Of a stretch of DNA of 64,000 nucleotides, positions 49,901-62,665 are shown one piece after another. The translations under genes and the position numbers were made by a program. The stretch is from Eutreptiella sp. 'Long Island Sound 2002' (lineage: Eukaryota; Protista; Euglenida), in the NCBI GenBank assembly GCA_964036045.1, contig OZ038378.1, positions 141,608,001 through 141,672,000 of the forward strand, in the 5' to 3' direction. Positions within the stretch are counted from its first letter, which is position 1. Each line of letters begins with the position of its first letter. The notes beneath the pieces were generated by a model that saw only the letters and a program-made list of their open reading frames with translations, had not been told where the DNA came from and did not search any database.

Positions 49901-52900
49901 CTTTCTTGGTGGTGGCGTGTGTGCCGGTAATTATGTGTGTCGTGCGCAAGCTACGGTCTTGTCTAAGCTACAGTAGGCTTAGGGACCGTATTAATTCCGT
50001 ACTGTTGCGTAGTTTAGGATGTACAGCATGCCAACTAACGAACCCTGTTGCACCAGAGAGCACGTCTTCCCTGCACGCTCTGCTCCCGACTGCATCATCA
50101 CAGGGCCCAGATTGAGATCTTACACAATCAAGACCTGCTGAGACCTTGCAAGATGCCTGCAAGGGCGGGTGTCATCATTGCGCCATCCGTCGGGCCGTCC
50201 GATGACCCCTGCAACGTGCAGTGCCTACCGCGTGAAGCCCTCTGCATGTAGAGCAGGGCTTGAGAGCAATCTGTGCAGAGACACCCTCTGCCCTACACAG
50301 GCCCCAAGCTCATTAGTCACCGCGGCTCATTTCTGCCGTGGCTGTCTCGGGATTCGTGTTCGTCCGGAAAGGAAATGCGCATGATATTCTGCAGTCAACT
50401 GCCCGTGTTCCAACCCCATTTCATGATTTTCTCCGTTGCAAGTGTCAGCCGATGCAACGTGTTCTACGCAAGCCCGTGCAGGGGGCATCCGATTATTTGT
50501 GCCGCACGCTGTGTGGAACAGTGATGGATCTAATTTGTGCGCCACTCAGGGGGTGGGGGTGGGGGGGGGGGGGTAGTGAATTGTGACATGTCACAAAAAA
50601 TACAATAGGCCATAGTGGGAAAACAGCTTTTCTGAAAATATTGTGACACCCAAAAGGCTGTGACCGGGTTTTTTTGTGACGCGTATTGTGACGCCTCGTC
50701 ACAAAACGGGGGGGGGGGGGAGGGAGGGACACCCACCCCCCCAATTAGATCCATCACTGGTGTGGAAGAACCCCCCTCCCCTATGCACAGTGCATGAGAC
50801 AGTGACCGCGTGTGCAGAAGATGTCAGCGTTCAATGTGACATTGACCTGAATATTGGGAGGCCCAAAGGCATGTGTAACGTGCCGGCCGCCCCTCCCCGG
50901 CATGACGTGGCCCATCTTTCTCTCTGCATGGACTTGCCTCCGCATTTTGGGCTGCGTCGAGTGTGCGCAGGACAATTATGGTCACATGCGATGGCCCGTG
51001 CTGCGACCAGACACACAACAAGGGGTACAGCACAGGGGTTTTGCCATCATGGCGTGGCGGTTGCCTGCCAAACTAGAGAGCGCCTCTACATTCCATGTAT
51101 ATGAGCTATGAGGCTGCGCCGTGTGCCCTGACTCCCAGGCATGCAGTGTATCATTTCCGTGAGTTGCCCATTTCCGAGAACTATCTTGAGTACTCTTGAC
51201 CTCTTCGAGTCAGCCCAGACAACAAGGGGTACAGCACGTGAATGCAGGCTCTTGAGAAGTGCTCTTGTGTTACGTACTAGCGGCATGATGAGTCTATAGA
51301 GGGGCAACCGGGGTGTGTGGTCCATGGAGCACTGTCGTAGCTTGTCGTAGCGTTGTCTCGCCTGCGTCGCCAGCGGTGTTTGTGGATTTCTTCGTTTGGC
51401 TCGTTTGAATTCGTAACTGCTGAGTGCCAACACCGAAACAAACTGCGGCTACCCCCCCCCCCCCCCCTTGCAACCCCCCCCCCCCCACCCGGGAGACCGT
51501 CGCGCGCTAACCCGGGAGTTTGCAAGGGGGGCGGGGGGTAGGATGGTACATGCCCCACCACTTGAGCACCACGAGACCCTGCCATGCCGACGCATGCGCC
51601 GCCCGCCGCTCGCCGGGATGTACCCCCGGGTATTGCACGCATGCTGCGACACATACGCTATCCTACTCGGAGCACAACCTGCCCAATGCCGCTCCCATCA
51701 GATGTAACGGTGGCGCCTCGGCAACACGTGGGGCATGCAAAGGGGAGTGTGCAGGTCGCAAGAGACAGTCGCGCACCTAAGGGGATTCAAGGGCTGCTGA
51801 GATGGGGCCCCTCGCCCCCCCACCTATCGCCCATGGCCCACAATATGCGGTGGTCACCGGCAGTCACATCCCGCTTGCACTCTAAGAGGTCGTCTCCGAT
51901 GACCGACTGGTCGCCTGCATGCACATCCGGAGATGGAGAGGATGATACTCAAGATCCCCTCCAGCATACCCTGCTACCGGTTGAACTTGCGCCCATGTTT
52001 GCGGCTGCCGCCGCCTCCCGTACCCCCCCCCCCCCAACCTCGGGTGTTCCCCCCTAGAGCCACGCAAATGAGTGTGGAGCATGTTGACCTATCCGAATAT
52101 ACTGTGCCTTTAGAAGCGATGCCGGGGTCGTCGGACACCCGGTGCCTGCTTGGGATCAGCCACATGGCGCTTGACCCTGTGACCCTTGGTTCTGGGCCTA
52201 GTGACCTCGCTGAATTTGAAGTCCCAGTGGTGGAGACAAGGATACGTCATGGGGACTAACCTTGTCGGGGTTATGTGTGGATGTTCCGCCTACACGGTGG
52301 GTTCGCAGCTATGTTGAGCTCTCAGGTTATGCTATGGGCTGGGTACCTGAGCCGTCCTCCACGCACTCCACAATGCTGTACACTATCATGCAGGTCGACA
52401 AGTCTCCGGAGGCCCAGGTGGCTCATGGCCGAGCGTCCATAGAGCAAACATAAACTGCCCTTTGGATGGAGCTCTTTGTCATACAGGGTCCAGCCAATCT
52501 AATTACCTTAATGGCCTGTCGCTGACATCAGGTTCGGTGTAGATATGGCGATGATCCCATGGACTACTGCTCATTAAAATAAATTCTCGCCCCACCAATT
52601 GAGCAACGATCACCGCCATGTTTTTCCAGCACTAGTTATTCACCAAAATTGTGCTTTCATGGCTTTAGGATGAGATATAGTGGCTGCAGGACAACACTTC
52701 AGATTACCCCCCCCCTTCCCTGTAGCTACGGTTTTGTCTAAGCTACAACGGGCGTAGGGACCGTATTAATTTGGGACCGAATGTAATTCGGTACCAAATG
52801 TAGTGCACCACATACAACATGCATTTGGTGACAAAGTTGCCAGCTGCATAGAGTCCTCGTTGCATTTTTTGTGGGTGTTGCCCACATGAATCCACATAAC

Positions 52901-52956
52901 GCTGATTGTGGGGAATTTTGTTCGTTATATTACCCAAGGATTTTGCGAGCAGGCTG

Positions 52957-53590
52957 AAACCAATTACAGTACGTCATCCGTGTTTGTCCACTCTCTTCAA
53001 CCTCCCTGCTTTGCTTTCTCTGGGCATTTTGTTCACCCGTCGGTTTGTCCGGTCCTATGAGGCCTATCTTTCTCTTTGCTGACCAATTTTGGTTTTTTGA
53101 TGCATGGGGCTTGCCCCCCGGCGAGCATTACTCAAAGCGGCCTAACCTCGGGCAAGAGAGCGTTCATGGCGAGGCGAAGTCCAAAATAGAGAAAGTTATA
53201 TACAACAATAGTATAAAAACCTGATCTTGTTCTGGTCTGGGCAAGTGAGTGTTTCATCCTGGGTGCAGAGCACTGCCCTATGAGGGACCAGAGGCCAGAA
53301 GGAAGCCTGAACACTTCTCGAGGTGGGTGAGACCTGAGTAAAGTGCTGAAAAAAAAAGAAGAAAAATAGACAAAGAGCAAAGGAAGTACCCGGGTCATGG
53401 TTGCCAATATATGCAGTGAAGGGGGGGGGGGGGGCTGCAGCAAACAAGTTGAGGACAAAACCAATTACAGTACGTCAGCCGTATTTGTCCACTCTCTTCA
53501 CCCTCCATGCTTTGCTTTCTCTGGGCTTTTTTTTTGTTCACCCGTCGGTTTGTCTGGTCCTATGAGGCCTGTCTTTCTCTTTGCTGACCA
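52957..53590. repeat. ~135-bp direct duplication about 500 bp apart
   Basis: AAACCAATTACAGTACGTCA..CTTTCTCTTTGCTGACCA at ~52957-53090 and ~53458-53590. Confidence 0.85.
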
Positions 53591-54194
53591 CTTTTGGTTG
53601 GTTGTTCTGGTTTCAGGTCTTTTTCAGGTCTGCCATCTTGGCTTTGTGGCCAGTGTTTGACCTCTTCTTTCGTGACCCATCTCCAAGTGTTCAAGTTTTG
53701 TGTATAGTCGCAGTATTGCTTGGCCATGCTTGCAGTTTTGTGCCACTGCATTGGGCTTGAAAATCAGGAGTGTTGTGTACTTATCTACCACTGAGGGTCG
53801 TTCATCACCACTGTCACTCATGCTGTCAGTCATCTCTTGGCTCTATGTGGCGTCAGTTTCATCAAGGGTGTGTGTGCTTCGCCGCTTTTCTGTTTTGTCC
53901 AAAAGTTTTGGGCCTTTACAGTGACGGAGATATGGCTTTTAATACAAGCACTTTTTGAGACTAGTGGCTGGTGCAAATGGGTTTTTTCCAGCCAAGGCGC
54001 ATAGGCTTTACCCCAACCCCCCTGACGGGCCTTATTTTGATATCGTGGTGAGTTGCGATGCAGCGGGCCCCACAGCAAGCAATGCGCTCTGTGTGACCCT
54101 TTGTGTGCACGCCCTGTGTTTGTCCGTTGTCTATGCCGTGTGCGCGCCAGGTGTTGCCTGCCGGCTTGTGTATGCGCGCCGCTCTCGTGCTCTC

Positions 54195-57100
54195 GGGCAA
54201 GATTTCGGACAACATTTCGGGCAACATTTCGGGCAACTTTTCGGGCAAGTTTTCCGGCCAGATTTCGGGCAAGATTTCGGGCAAGTTTTCGGGCCAGATT
54301 TCGGTCAAGATTTCGGCCGAGTACTCGGGCAATATTTTCGGGCAAGATTTCAGGCAAGATGTCGAGCAAGTTGTCGGGCAAGATTTCGGGCAAGATTTCG
54401 GGCAAGTTCTCGGGCAAGTTTCCGGGCACATTTTCGAGCAAGTTTTCCGACAGGATTTCGGGCAAGTTCTCGGGCAAGTTTCCCCGCAAGATTTCCTGCA
54501 AGATTTGAGGCAAGTTGCCGGGCAAGATTTTGGGCAAGTTCTCAGGCAAGTTTCCGGGCACATTTTCGAGCAAGTTTTCCGACAGGATTTCGGGCAAGTT
54601 CTCGGGCAAGTTTCCCCGCAAGATTTCCTGCAAGATTTGAGCCAAGTTGCCGGGCAAGATTTTGGGCAAGATTTGAGGCAAGATTTCAGGCAAGATTTTG
54701 GGCAACTTTTGGGGTAAGATATCCGGCAAGTTTTCGCGCAAGTTTTCGGGCAAGATTTCTCGGGCAGATTTTCGGGCAAGATTTCAGGCAAGATGTCGGG
54801 CAAGTTGTCGGGCAAGTTGTCGGGCAAGATTTCGGGCAAGTTCTCGGGCAAGTTTCCCCGCAAGATTTCCTGCAAGATTTGAGGCAAGTTGCCGGGCAAG
54901 ATTTTGGGCAAGTTCTCAGGCAAGTTTCCGGGCACATTTTCGAGCAAGTTTTCCGACAGGATTTCGGGCAAGTTCTCGGGCAAGTTTCCCCGCAAGATTT
55001 CCTGCAAGATTTGAGCCAAGTTGCCGGGCAAGATTTTGGGCAAGATTTGAGGCAAGATTTCAGGCAAGATTTCGGGCAACTTTTGGGGTAAGATATCCGG
55101 CAAGTTTTCGCGCAAGTTTTCGGGCAAGATTTCTCGGGCAGATTTTCGGGCAAGATTTCAGGCAAGATGTCGGGCAAGTTGTCGGGCAAGTTGTCGGGCA
55201 AGATTTCGGGCAAGTTCTCGGGCAAGTTTCCGGGCACAATTTCGAGCAAGTTTTCCGACAGGATTTCGGGCAAGTTCCTGGGCAAGTTTCCCCGCAAGAT
55301 TTCCTGCAAGATTTGAGGCAAGTTGCCGGGCAAGATTGTGGGCAAGATTTGACCCGATTTTTTGCCCGGAAACTTGCCTCAAATCTTGCAGGAAATCTTG
55401 CCCGAAAACTTGCCCGAAGTTTTGCCCGAAAATGTGCCCGAAAAATTGCTTGAAAACTTGCCCGAAAACTTGCCCGATATCTTACCCCAAAAGTTGCCCG
55501 AAATCTTGCCCGAAATCTTGCAAGATTTCGGGCAACTTTCGGGGCAAGTTTTCGGGCAAGTTTTCGGGCAAGATTTTGGGCAATTTTTCGTGCAAGATTT
55601 CTGGCAAGTTTTCGGGCAAGTTTTCGTGCAACTTTTTCGGCAAGTTTTCGGGCAAGTTTTCGGGCAAGATTTCGGGCAAGTTTTCGGGCAAGATCTCAGG
55701 CAAGTTTTCGGGCAGGTTTTCGGGCAAGTTTTTGGGCAAGTGTTTGGGTAAGTTTTCTGGCAAATTTCCGGGCTTTCGGGCAAGTTTTTGGGCAATTTTT
55801 CGGGCAACTTTTCGGGCAAGATTTTGTGCAAGATTTTGGGCAAAATTGCAAGCAAGGTTTCAGGCAAGTGTTAGGTCAACATTTTGGGGCAACTATTCCC
55901 GCAAGATTTCCCGCAAGATTTTGGGCAAATTTTCCGGCAAGATTTCAGGCAAGAGTTTGGTCAAGTTTTCGGGCAAGATTTCTGGCCACATTTTGGGCAA
56001 GTTTTCCAGCAAGATTTTGGGCAAGATTCCGGGCACGTGTTCGGGCAATATTTTGGGCTTCTTCTTGCCCGTAATCCTACCTGAAATCTTCCCCGGAAAC
56101 TTGCAGGAAATCTTGCCCGAAATCTTGCCCGAAAACCTGCCCCAAATCGTGCCCGACAGCTTGCCCGAAACGATGCCCGCAATCTTGCCCGAACACGTGC
56201 CCGAAGTCTTGCCTGAAATCTTGCCGGAAAACTTGCCTGAAAACTTGCCCGAAAACTTGCCCAAAATCTTGCCCAAAATCTTGCCTGAAACCTTGCCCGA
56301 AATCTTGCCCGAACACGTGCCCAAAATCTTGCCCGAAATCTTGTCTGAAATCTTCACTGAAAGCTAGCCCGAAATCTTGCCCGAAAAGTTGCCCCTAATC
56401 TTGCCCGAAATCATGCCCGAAATCTTGCCCGAAAACTTGAGCGAAAATTTGCCCGAACTGTTGCCCATAAACTTGCCCGAAAATTTGCCCTAAATGTTCC
56501 CCGAAATCTTGGCTCAATTCTTGCCCGAAAACTTGCCTGGAAACTTGCCCGAAAACTTGCCCGAACACTTGCCCAAAAACTTGCCCGAAAACCTGCCCGA
56601 AGACTTGTCCGAAATCCTGTCGGAAAACTTTGCCGAAAACTTGCCCAAATATTTGCCCGAAAACTTGCCCGAAAACTTGCCTGAAATTTTGTCGGAAAAC
56701 TTCGCCGAAAACGTGCCCGAAAACTTGCCCAAGAACTTGCCCAAGAACTTGCCTGAAAACTTGCCCGAAATCTTGACCGAAAACTTGCCGGAAAACTTGC
56801 CTGAAATCTTACCCCAAAAGTTGCCTGAAATCTTCCATCAAATTCTGCCCGAAATCTTGCCTGCAAACTTGCCTAAAATCTTGCAGGAAATCTTGCCAAG
56901 AAACTTGCCCGAAATCTTGCCCGAAAAATTGCCTGAGAACTTGCCCGAAATCTTGCCTGAAAACTTGCCGGAAAACTTGCCGGAAAACTTGCCCGAAATC
57001 TTCCCCGACATCTTACCCCAAAAGTTGCCCGAAATCTGGCCCGAAATCTTGCCTCAAATCTTGCCCAAAATCTTGCCCGGCAACTTGCCTCAAATCTTGC

Positions 57101-58310
57101 AGGAAATCGTGCCCGGAAACTTGCCCGAAAACGTGCTGGAAATGTGCCCAAAACTTGGCTGAAAACTTGGTCGAAAACTTGCCCGAAATCTTGACAGGAA
57201 ACTTGCCCGGAATCTTGTGGGAAAACTGGGCCGAAACCTTGCGGGAAAAAATGCCCGAAAAGTTGTCCGAAAAATTGCCGGAAATCGTGCCGGACAACTT
57301 GCCGAGAACGTGCCCGAAAATTTGCCCCAAAACTTGCTTGAAATGTTGCCCGAAATCTTGCCCGAAAAATTGCCCAAAATGTTGCCCGCAATCTTGCCCG
57401 AAAACATGCCCAAAAACGTGCCCGAAATATTACCCCAAATGTTGCCTGAAAACTTGCCAGAAATCTTGAGAGGAAATTTGTCCGAGAACTTGCCCGAAAA
57501 ATCGCCTGAAAACTTGCCGAAAAAATTTCCCGCAAACTTGGACGAAATCTTGCCAAAAAAATTCCCGAAACGATGCTCGAAAAATTGCGCAAAATCTTGC
57601 CGGGAAACTTGCCCAAGATCTTGCCTGAAAACTAGCCCGAAATGTTGCCTGAAAACCTGCCCGAAATCTTGCCCTAAAAGTTGCCCGAAGTCCTGCCCGA
57701 AATCGTGCCCGACAGCTTGCCCGAAAACTTGCCCGAAAACTAGCCCGAGATGTTGCCTGAAAACCTGCCCGAAATCTTGCCCGAAAAGTTGCCCGAAATC
57801 TTGCCCGAGATCTTGGCTGAAAACCTGCCGAAATCGTGCCCGACAGCTTGCCCGAAATGCTGCCCGAAATTTTGCCCCAAATTTTGCCCGAAAACTTGCC
57901 CAACATCTTGCCCGAAATCTTGCCCGAAAATTTGCCCGAAATCTTGCCCGAAAACTAGCGTGAAAACTTGCCCCAAATGTTGCCCCAAATCTTGCCCGAA
58001 ATGTTCCCCCAAAAAGTGCCCGAAAACTTGCCCGAAATGTTGCCTGAAACGTTGCAGGGAAACTTGCCGGAGAACTTGCCCGAAAACCTGCCGGAAAACT
58101 TGCCCAAAAACTTGCCCGAAATTATGCTCGAACTCTTGCCTGAAAACGTGCCCGAAATCTTGGCATTTTGGGCAACTTGTTGGGTAAGCTCTTGGGCAAC
58201 TTTTCCCGCAAGTTTTTGGGCAGATTTTCAGGTAAAATTTCGGGCAAGATTTGTGGCAAGTTTCGGGCATGTTTTCGGGCAATTTTTCGGGCAACTTTTC
58301 GCGCACCCTC
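54195..58310. repeat. 12-bp minisatellite (CGGGCAAG(A/T)TTT) with four orientation switches
   Basis: GGGCAAG blocks at 54195-55350, 55525-56050 and 58170-58310; CTTGCCC blocks at 55365-55520 and 56060-58165. Variant marker TAAGATATCCGG repeats at 372-bp spacing. Confidence 0.97.
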
Positions 58311-59459
58311 ACCTTTGCAGGACCTCTATTGCCCACTATGACTGATTCTCTGCTTGCACCTAGCCGGGAGGTGCTATACAAGTGGTACCACCCTGCTGAG
58401 CTTGTACAACCCTCAAATCTGGGCAGGGCGTGGGGTTTGGGTTTTCTGCCTGGAATCAAGTGGTACACAACGACAACGGTCATCCTATGTGCCCCCAGCC
58501 CCCCCCCCCCCCCGGCGTGTCCAACGAACAATTTTGTCCTCAAAAAATGGTCCAAACAGGAGTGTTTGCTGGACACACTCTTTGGTGCGCGCCACAATAT
58601 TGGGCGGTAACACAGCCCTAGGCACAAGATATCCAGCCCATTCAAAGCAGAATGCCATGGAGGCCAGCAATATGCACTTTTCAGAGTACACAAGCTCCCT
58701 GATGGGGCCCTTCTTGTTCTTGGGAACAGGGAGAAGTGGCAGCCTGATCCGGTTCAGGCACCTTTGGGAGGGACAGATCTGATGCAACAGCACTGTCGGT
58801 CATCAAATCACGGGTCAGGTAAAGGGTCTTCTGAAATCCAAAATTGGATTCTGATTTGGATTCCGATAGTGCTACTCGATCTAGGCCGTCGTCACATTTG
58901 GCACCAGTGAGGGAGCGTTAGTGCGCAGGGCAACTTTTTGGGCTATTTCTTTTTCCTATCCTTGGTTTTTGGGGTGGATTCTACCGCTCGGATGGGTGAG
59001 TGGGTGGGTGGGTGGGGTGGGGGATTTGGGATTATCCCACCTCGTGGACTTGCCCCTTTCGAGTTGGGGATATGGACCGGCCCCTTTCCAATTGGGGATG
59101 TGTACTGGCCGCCTTCTGTCACCTATTGTTCCAAGTTTGCCCAGTCTGATGCGGTTCAGCGCTACAAGGTGCATCTATATGTATTTTGAAACAGGCGCAT
59201 TGGGCTGTGCACATGATGATACATTCAGCGTGTCTGTTGTGGACCATCGGTTTTTGCCCCTCAGGTCCTCAAACCTCTTTTGCTATTTGTTGTGGAGTCG
59301 AGCATTGGGGATAGGGTGTTCGACACAGGACGTTCCCTAAGACCCTCTTTTTTTTTCTCTTTTAAGGAACATTGGTTGTAGGACTACCGTGAACTATCTC
59401 GGACCCCGTTAGCGGCTTTTTTGCACTGGCCCGGTTGGGGCCCTTTTTGAACCCTTGTT

Positions 59460-59685
59460 CGGGGACCCCCAAGAATTCAGGGGTGACATAGCATTTCCGC
59501 CCTCTTTTAGGCCCCCAAGAAGACAGGGGTGAGGCAACCACCTCTGATTTTGTTACCCGCGCTTGGCGTTGGGGACCCCCAAGAATGCAGGGGTGATGTG
59601 GCATTTCCGCCCTCTTTTGGGCCCTCGAGAAGGCAGGGGTGAGGCAACCACTTCTGATTTTGTTCCCCTTTGTTGGGGATCCTGA
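59460..59685. repeat. Tandem array of the GAATGCAGGGGTGA..CATTTCCGCCC module
   Basis: Same module as 24745-25000 and 41570-41640. Confidence 0.8.
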
Positions 59686-59878
59686 GAACACTGTCTCTCC
59701 CATTCAAGGTGCTTGTAGACATTTTATTCATTCCCTCGTTGCAGAGTTGCAGGGGTGCTTTGCTAGGGGGGTATGGGTGCAGCAACAGGGATTGCCAGAT
59801 TGGATTGAGGCATGTGAGGCATGTGAGCGCGTTTTGTCCTTTGCGACATCCCATCACCATGGCCAACGCTAGCAGCGT

Positions 59879-60451
59879 GTGTGCGAGGTCATGTGCATTC
59901 GGTGTAATGGGCCACGTGTTGAGGAGTGGTGTCCAAGTGAAGTGTATGCGGAGGTGCGTAGCATGCAATTTAGGCCAAGACGTCGTTTGCGACGGCACAC
60001 TATAGACGTAGAGGATAACACGTTGCTTTGCTTTGAAGCATTCAAAGATTTTTCAGTCCCCTATGATGTGGAGGATTTTGAACCCACCGAAGAGATGATG
60101 TCCTTTTGGGCCAAATCCAACATTGCACGCACACAGGACCTTGAACTTGAACTTGAAATTGAAGAGTTGTATGGCAAGGATGGGGATGCCGCCTCAGAAG
60201 TTGAGGAAGACTTTATCCAACCCACAAGAGTTTTTAAAGCTATCTAACAACCCAAGAAGGATCCCCCCATTCCTTGAGGAAGGTTTTAGCATGATGTGGA
60301 TGCAGCGCTTGCCGCATCTATTCAAGATGGCGCCATGCATGAGTGGGTGTTGTGTGAACTCACGGCAGTTTGCCGCAGGTATGGTCTGTCTGTTCGGGGG
60401 AACAAGGCAGATGTGTTGGAGCGGGTTGTTAGCCACATTGCAAGCAAGTAA
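59879..60451 (+). pseudogene. Decayed ORF ending in a SAP domain
   Basis: 60335-60451 encodes MHEWVLCELTAVCRRYGLSVRGNKADVLERVVSHIASK*, matching SAP (EL..CR.YGL...G.KA..L.R). Preceded by an acidic coding-like segment separated by stops. Confidence 0.6.
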
Positions 60452-60550
60452 GTATTATGCACTCTTGTGCACACGACTTCTGGAATCGGTTGATTACCCG
60501 CCGCCCTTGCCCCCCCCCCCCCTGTCCTTCCCAGGAAATGGCAACGCCAG

Positions 60551-61017
60551 GAAGAGAAGTCAGGTGGGAGCATGCCCCAGCACATGTCAACGTGCAGGGG
60601 AATGAGGTGGCAAACGGATTGGCGATGGAAGGCATGTGTTTGAGCCCGCTGTGGTCTAAGCATGTTGCACCACACTCATCATTAGGGTCGGAATCTACGG
60701 TAGGGTTGAGGGGAGGGTCGGGATCATAGTCAGAGGACACCAAGGCACTGTGGTCATCCTTGGGTATGGTACCCATGGATAGTGATGAGCTGACAGGGGA
60801 AGCATCCGGGGAACCAGCGCCACGTGGAATGGGTCCATACACCTCAAGCAGTTCAGAAAGTGAGGACATACGGACAGGACACACACACCAGGGAAGTTTG
60901 TTGAATGAACTGTCTGCAGCGGAAACACTGTCCTTCAGCACAGATGTGAGCGACACCAGGCGGCAGCGCAAGAAGCGAAAGCTCAGGAAAAGCAGGAACC
61001 CTGGACAGGGTCGATAA
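60551..61017 (+). pseudogene. RNase H C-terminal motif plus acidic/basic tail of a retroelement
   Basis: EVRWEHAPAHVNVQGNEVANGLAMEG is the RNase H1 W.HV..H..GNE.AD.LA motif, followed by LWSSLGMVPMDS..FSTDVSDTRRQRKKRK. Confidence 0.75.
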
Positions 61018-61220
61018 TGACAGAACCTGTAGCCCCTGCATTCTGGTGCGGATAACTCACAGGTTTCAAGCCCAACAATGCATGCATGTCTGAGATCTGC
61101 GTACTGACGCAGAGCTTTTCGTCACAAGAGCCGCGTCCAGTCGCGGCGTGCACCAGCACATAGTAGCGACAACAAAGCGGCTGAACTCCGCGTCCTGTCG
61201 CGGAAGAGCATCTGGGCGTA

Positions 61221-61856
61221 ATGCCGCCGGGAAGGACATGGCAGGAGAAGGGACCACGTCAGCAACGGCATGGCCCTTACACACACATCCAGCCAGCCCC
61301 AAAGAAGGTCAAGCCTCAGCAAGAACGCCAGCGTTTCAAGGTGCAAGCACTGAGCCAGCTAGACGCCATCGCAAATGAAGGACTGAGGGCAGTCGAAGCA
61401 GAGCTGACCACAATGGCCTGGGCCCGCAATCAGCTGATCTGGCTCCGACTGGACCAACCACACAGCACCAGGATGCACTGTGAGATTGTGGACAATCATG
61501 GGGAACCATTGCTGATGAGCAATCAGGAGCTCTACTCGGTGATGGTCCAGATCAACTGGACCCTGAAGACTCAGGCTCTGGTGAACATGCAGGTCCAGTG
61601 GCGACCCAAAAGTGCAGGCAAGTGGCATCCGTTCCAGTGGGAGGCGATCCTCGACATGTACCACGGGTGCCCAGCACAGAACATTGAAAGAGAGACCAAT
61701 ATTGTCCGGTTACCGGTGGCAATTTTAGGAAATCTGTACCGACGTGCATGCGATATGCTTCGGTCCGTCGCTTGGAAGTTTTCGAAAACCCTTGGAAAGA
61801 TGCTCGGAAGTTTTGGCAGCCAGATCGGCCCCCCAAAACGCAACCGATATCGGTAG
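61221..61856 (+). CDS. Orphan 211-aa ORF, probably element-derived
   Basis: Non-repetitive, globular-looking composition (ERQRFKVQALSQLDAIANEGL..QINWTLKTQ). No family recognised. Confidence 0.35.
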   Translation: MPPGRTWQEKGPRQQRHGPYTHIQPAPKKVKPQQERQRFKVQALSQLDAIANEGLRAVEAELTTMAWARNQLIWLRLDQPHSTRMHCEIVDNHGEPLLMSNQELYSVMVQINWTLKTQALVNMQVQWRPKSAGKWHPFQWEAILDMYHGCPAQNIERETNIVRLPVAILGNLYRRACDMLRSVAWKFSKTLGKMLGSFGSQIGPPKRNRYR

Positions 61857-62325
61857 GAATGTTCCATGGGCTTCCCAGGCGACCGTGCCGGGGGAGCTCG
61901 GAAGAAATTTTGGCTGGGACTTCCGAGATCAACCCTGCAATATGAGTCCCATTTGCTGAGCATGAATGCTGAGCATCCCCAAATATCCTGAGCAATATGC
62001 TCAGCATTTTCCTACCATTTTTTACCTTCTATGCTGTGCGTCCCAGCACCATGTGCCACTGTCCGACGGCAGAGGGACACAGAGCGGTGCCCTCCTCCGT
62101 GAGCAGAATTGGAGACTGCATGCATGTGTGGCTGGCGGGCCGAGCGGACCTCTTGAGGCTGTTCCAGAGAACGCTCTTCAGGCAGGCGTACCCGGTACCC
62201 GGGGACGCTGTGCGGTTCCTCTACACGCTGCTGAGCACACCCCCATGCGAAAGGAGATATGCATGACAGGGGATGACACGCAGGGGGGAGTAGGGCAGAT
62301 TGGAGCAAGTGATGCAGATACCAAA

Positions 62326-62396
62326 TCGTCATAGCCCAGTGGATTAACCGCACCTCTTCTGTCCTGTAGAGGAGGGTTCGAACCCCGGGGGGGATA
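62326..62396 (+). pseudogene. tRNA-like Pol III promoter / SINE head
   Basis: A-box TAGCCCAGTGG (62332-62342) and B-box GGTTCGAACCC (62375-62385). A GA-rich tract follows. Confidence 0.55.
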
Positions 62397-62422
62397 GAGA
62401 TCCACCGAACGTCCCGAAAACC

Positions 62423-62665
62423 CCTTTTAAGCGAGAGAGAAAGAGAGAGAGAGAGTGGGACGCAGTGGGAGAGGAACGGAGAGGAGAGAGAGAGAGAGAG
62501 AGTGGGGCGCAATGGAAAAAGAGTGGGACGCAGTGGGAGAGGAACGGAGAGGAGAGAGAGAGAGAGTGGGGCGCAATGGAAAAGGAACGGAGAGAAGGAG
62601 AGCGAGAGAGAGAGAGGGCAGGAGAGAGGGCAGGAGAGAGAGAGAGGGAGAGAGTGGGAGAGAGA
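62423..62665. repeat. (GA)n-rich tract with an internal ~60-bp duplication
   Basis: GAGTGGGACGCAGTGGGAGAGGAACGGAGAGGAGAGAG..GTGGGGCGCAATGGAAAA occurs twice. Confidence 0.85.

Noticed and set aside
53830-58345. Long ORFs of LPEN/LPEI, GQDF or SCPK repeats
   Set aside because: A 12-bp unit keeps several frames open on both strands; orientation flips and lack of unique flanking domains argue against coding.
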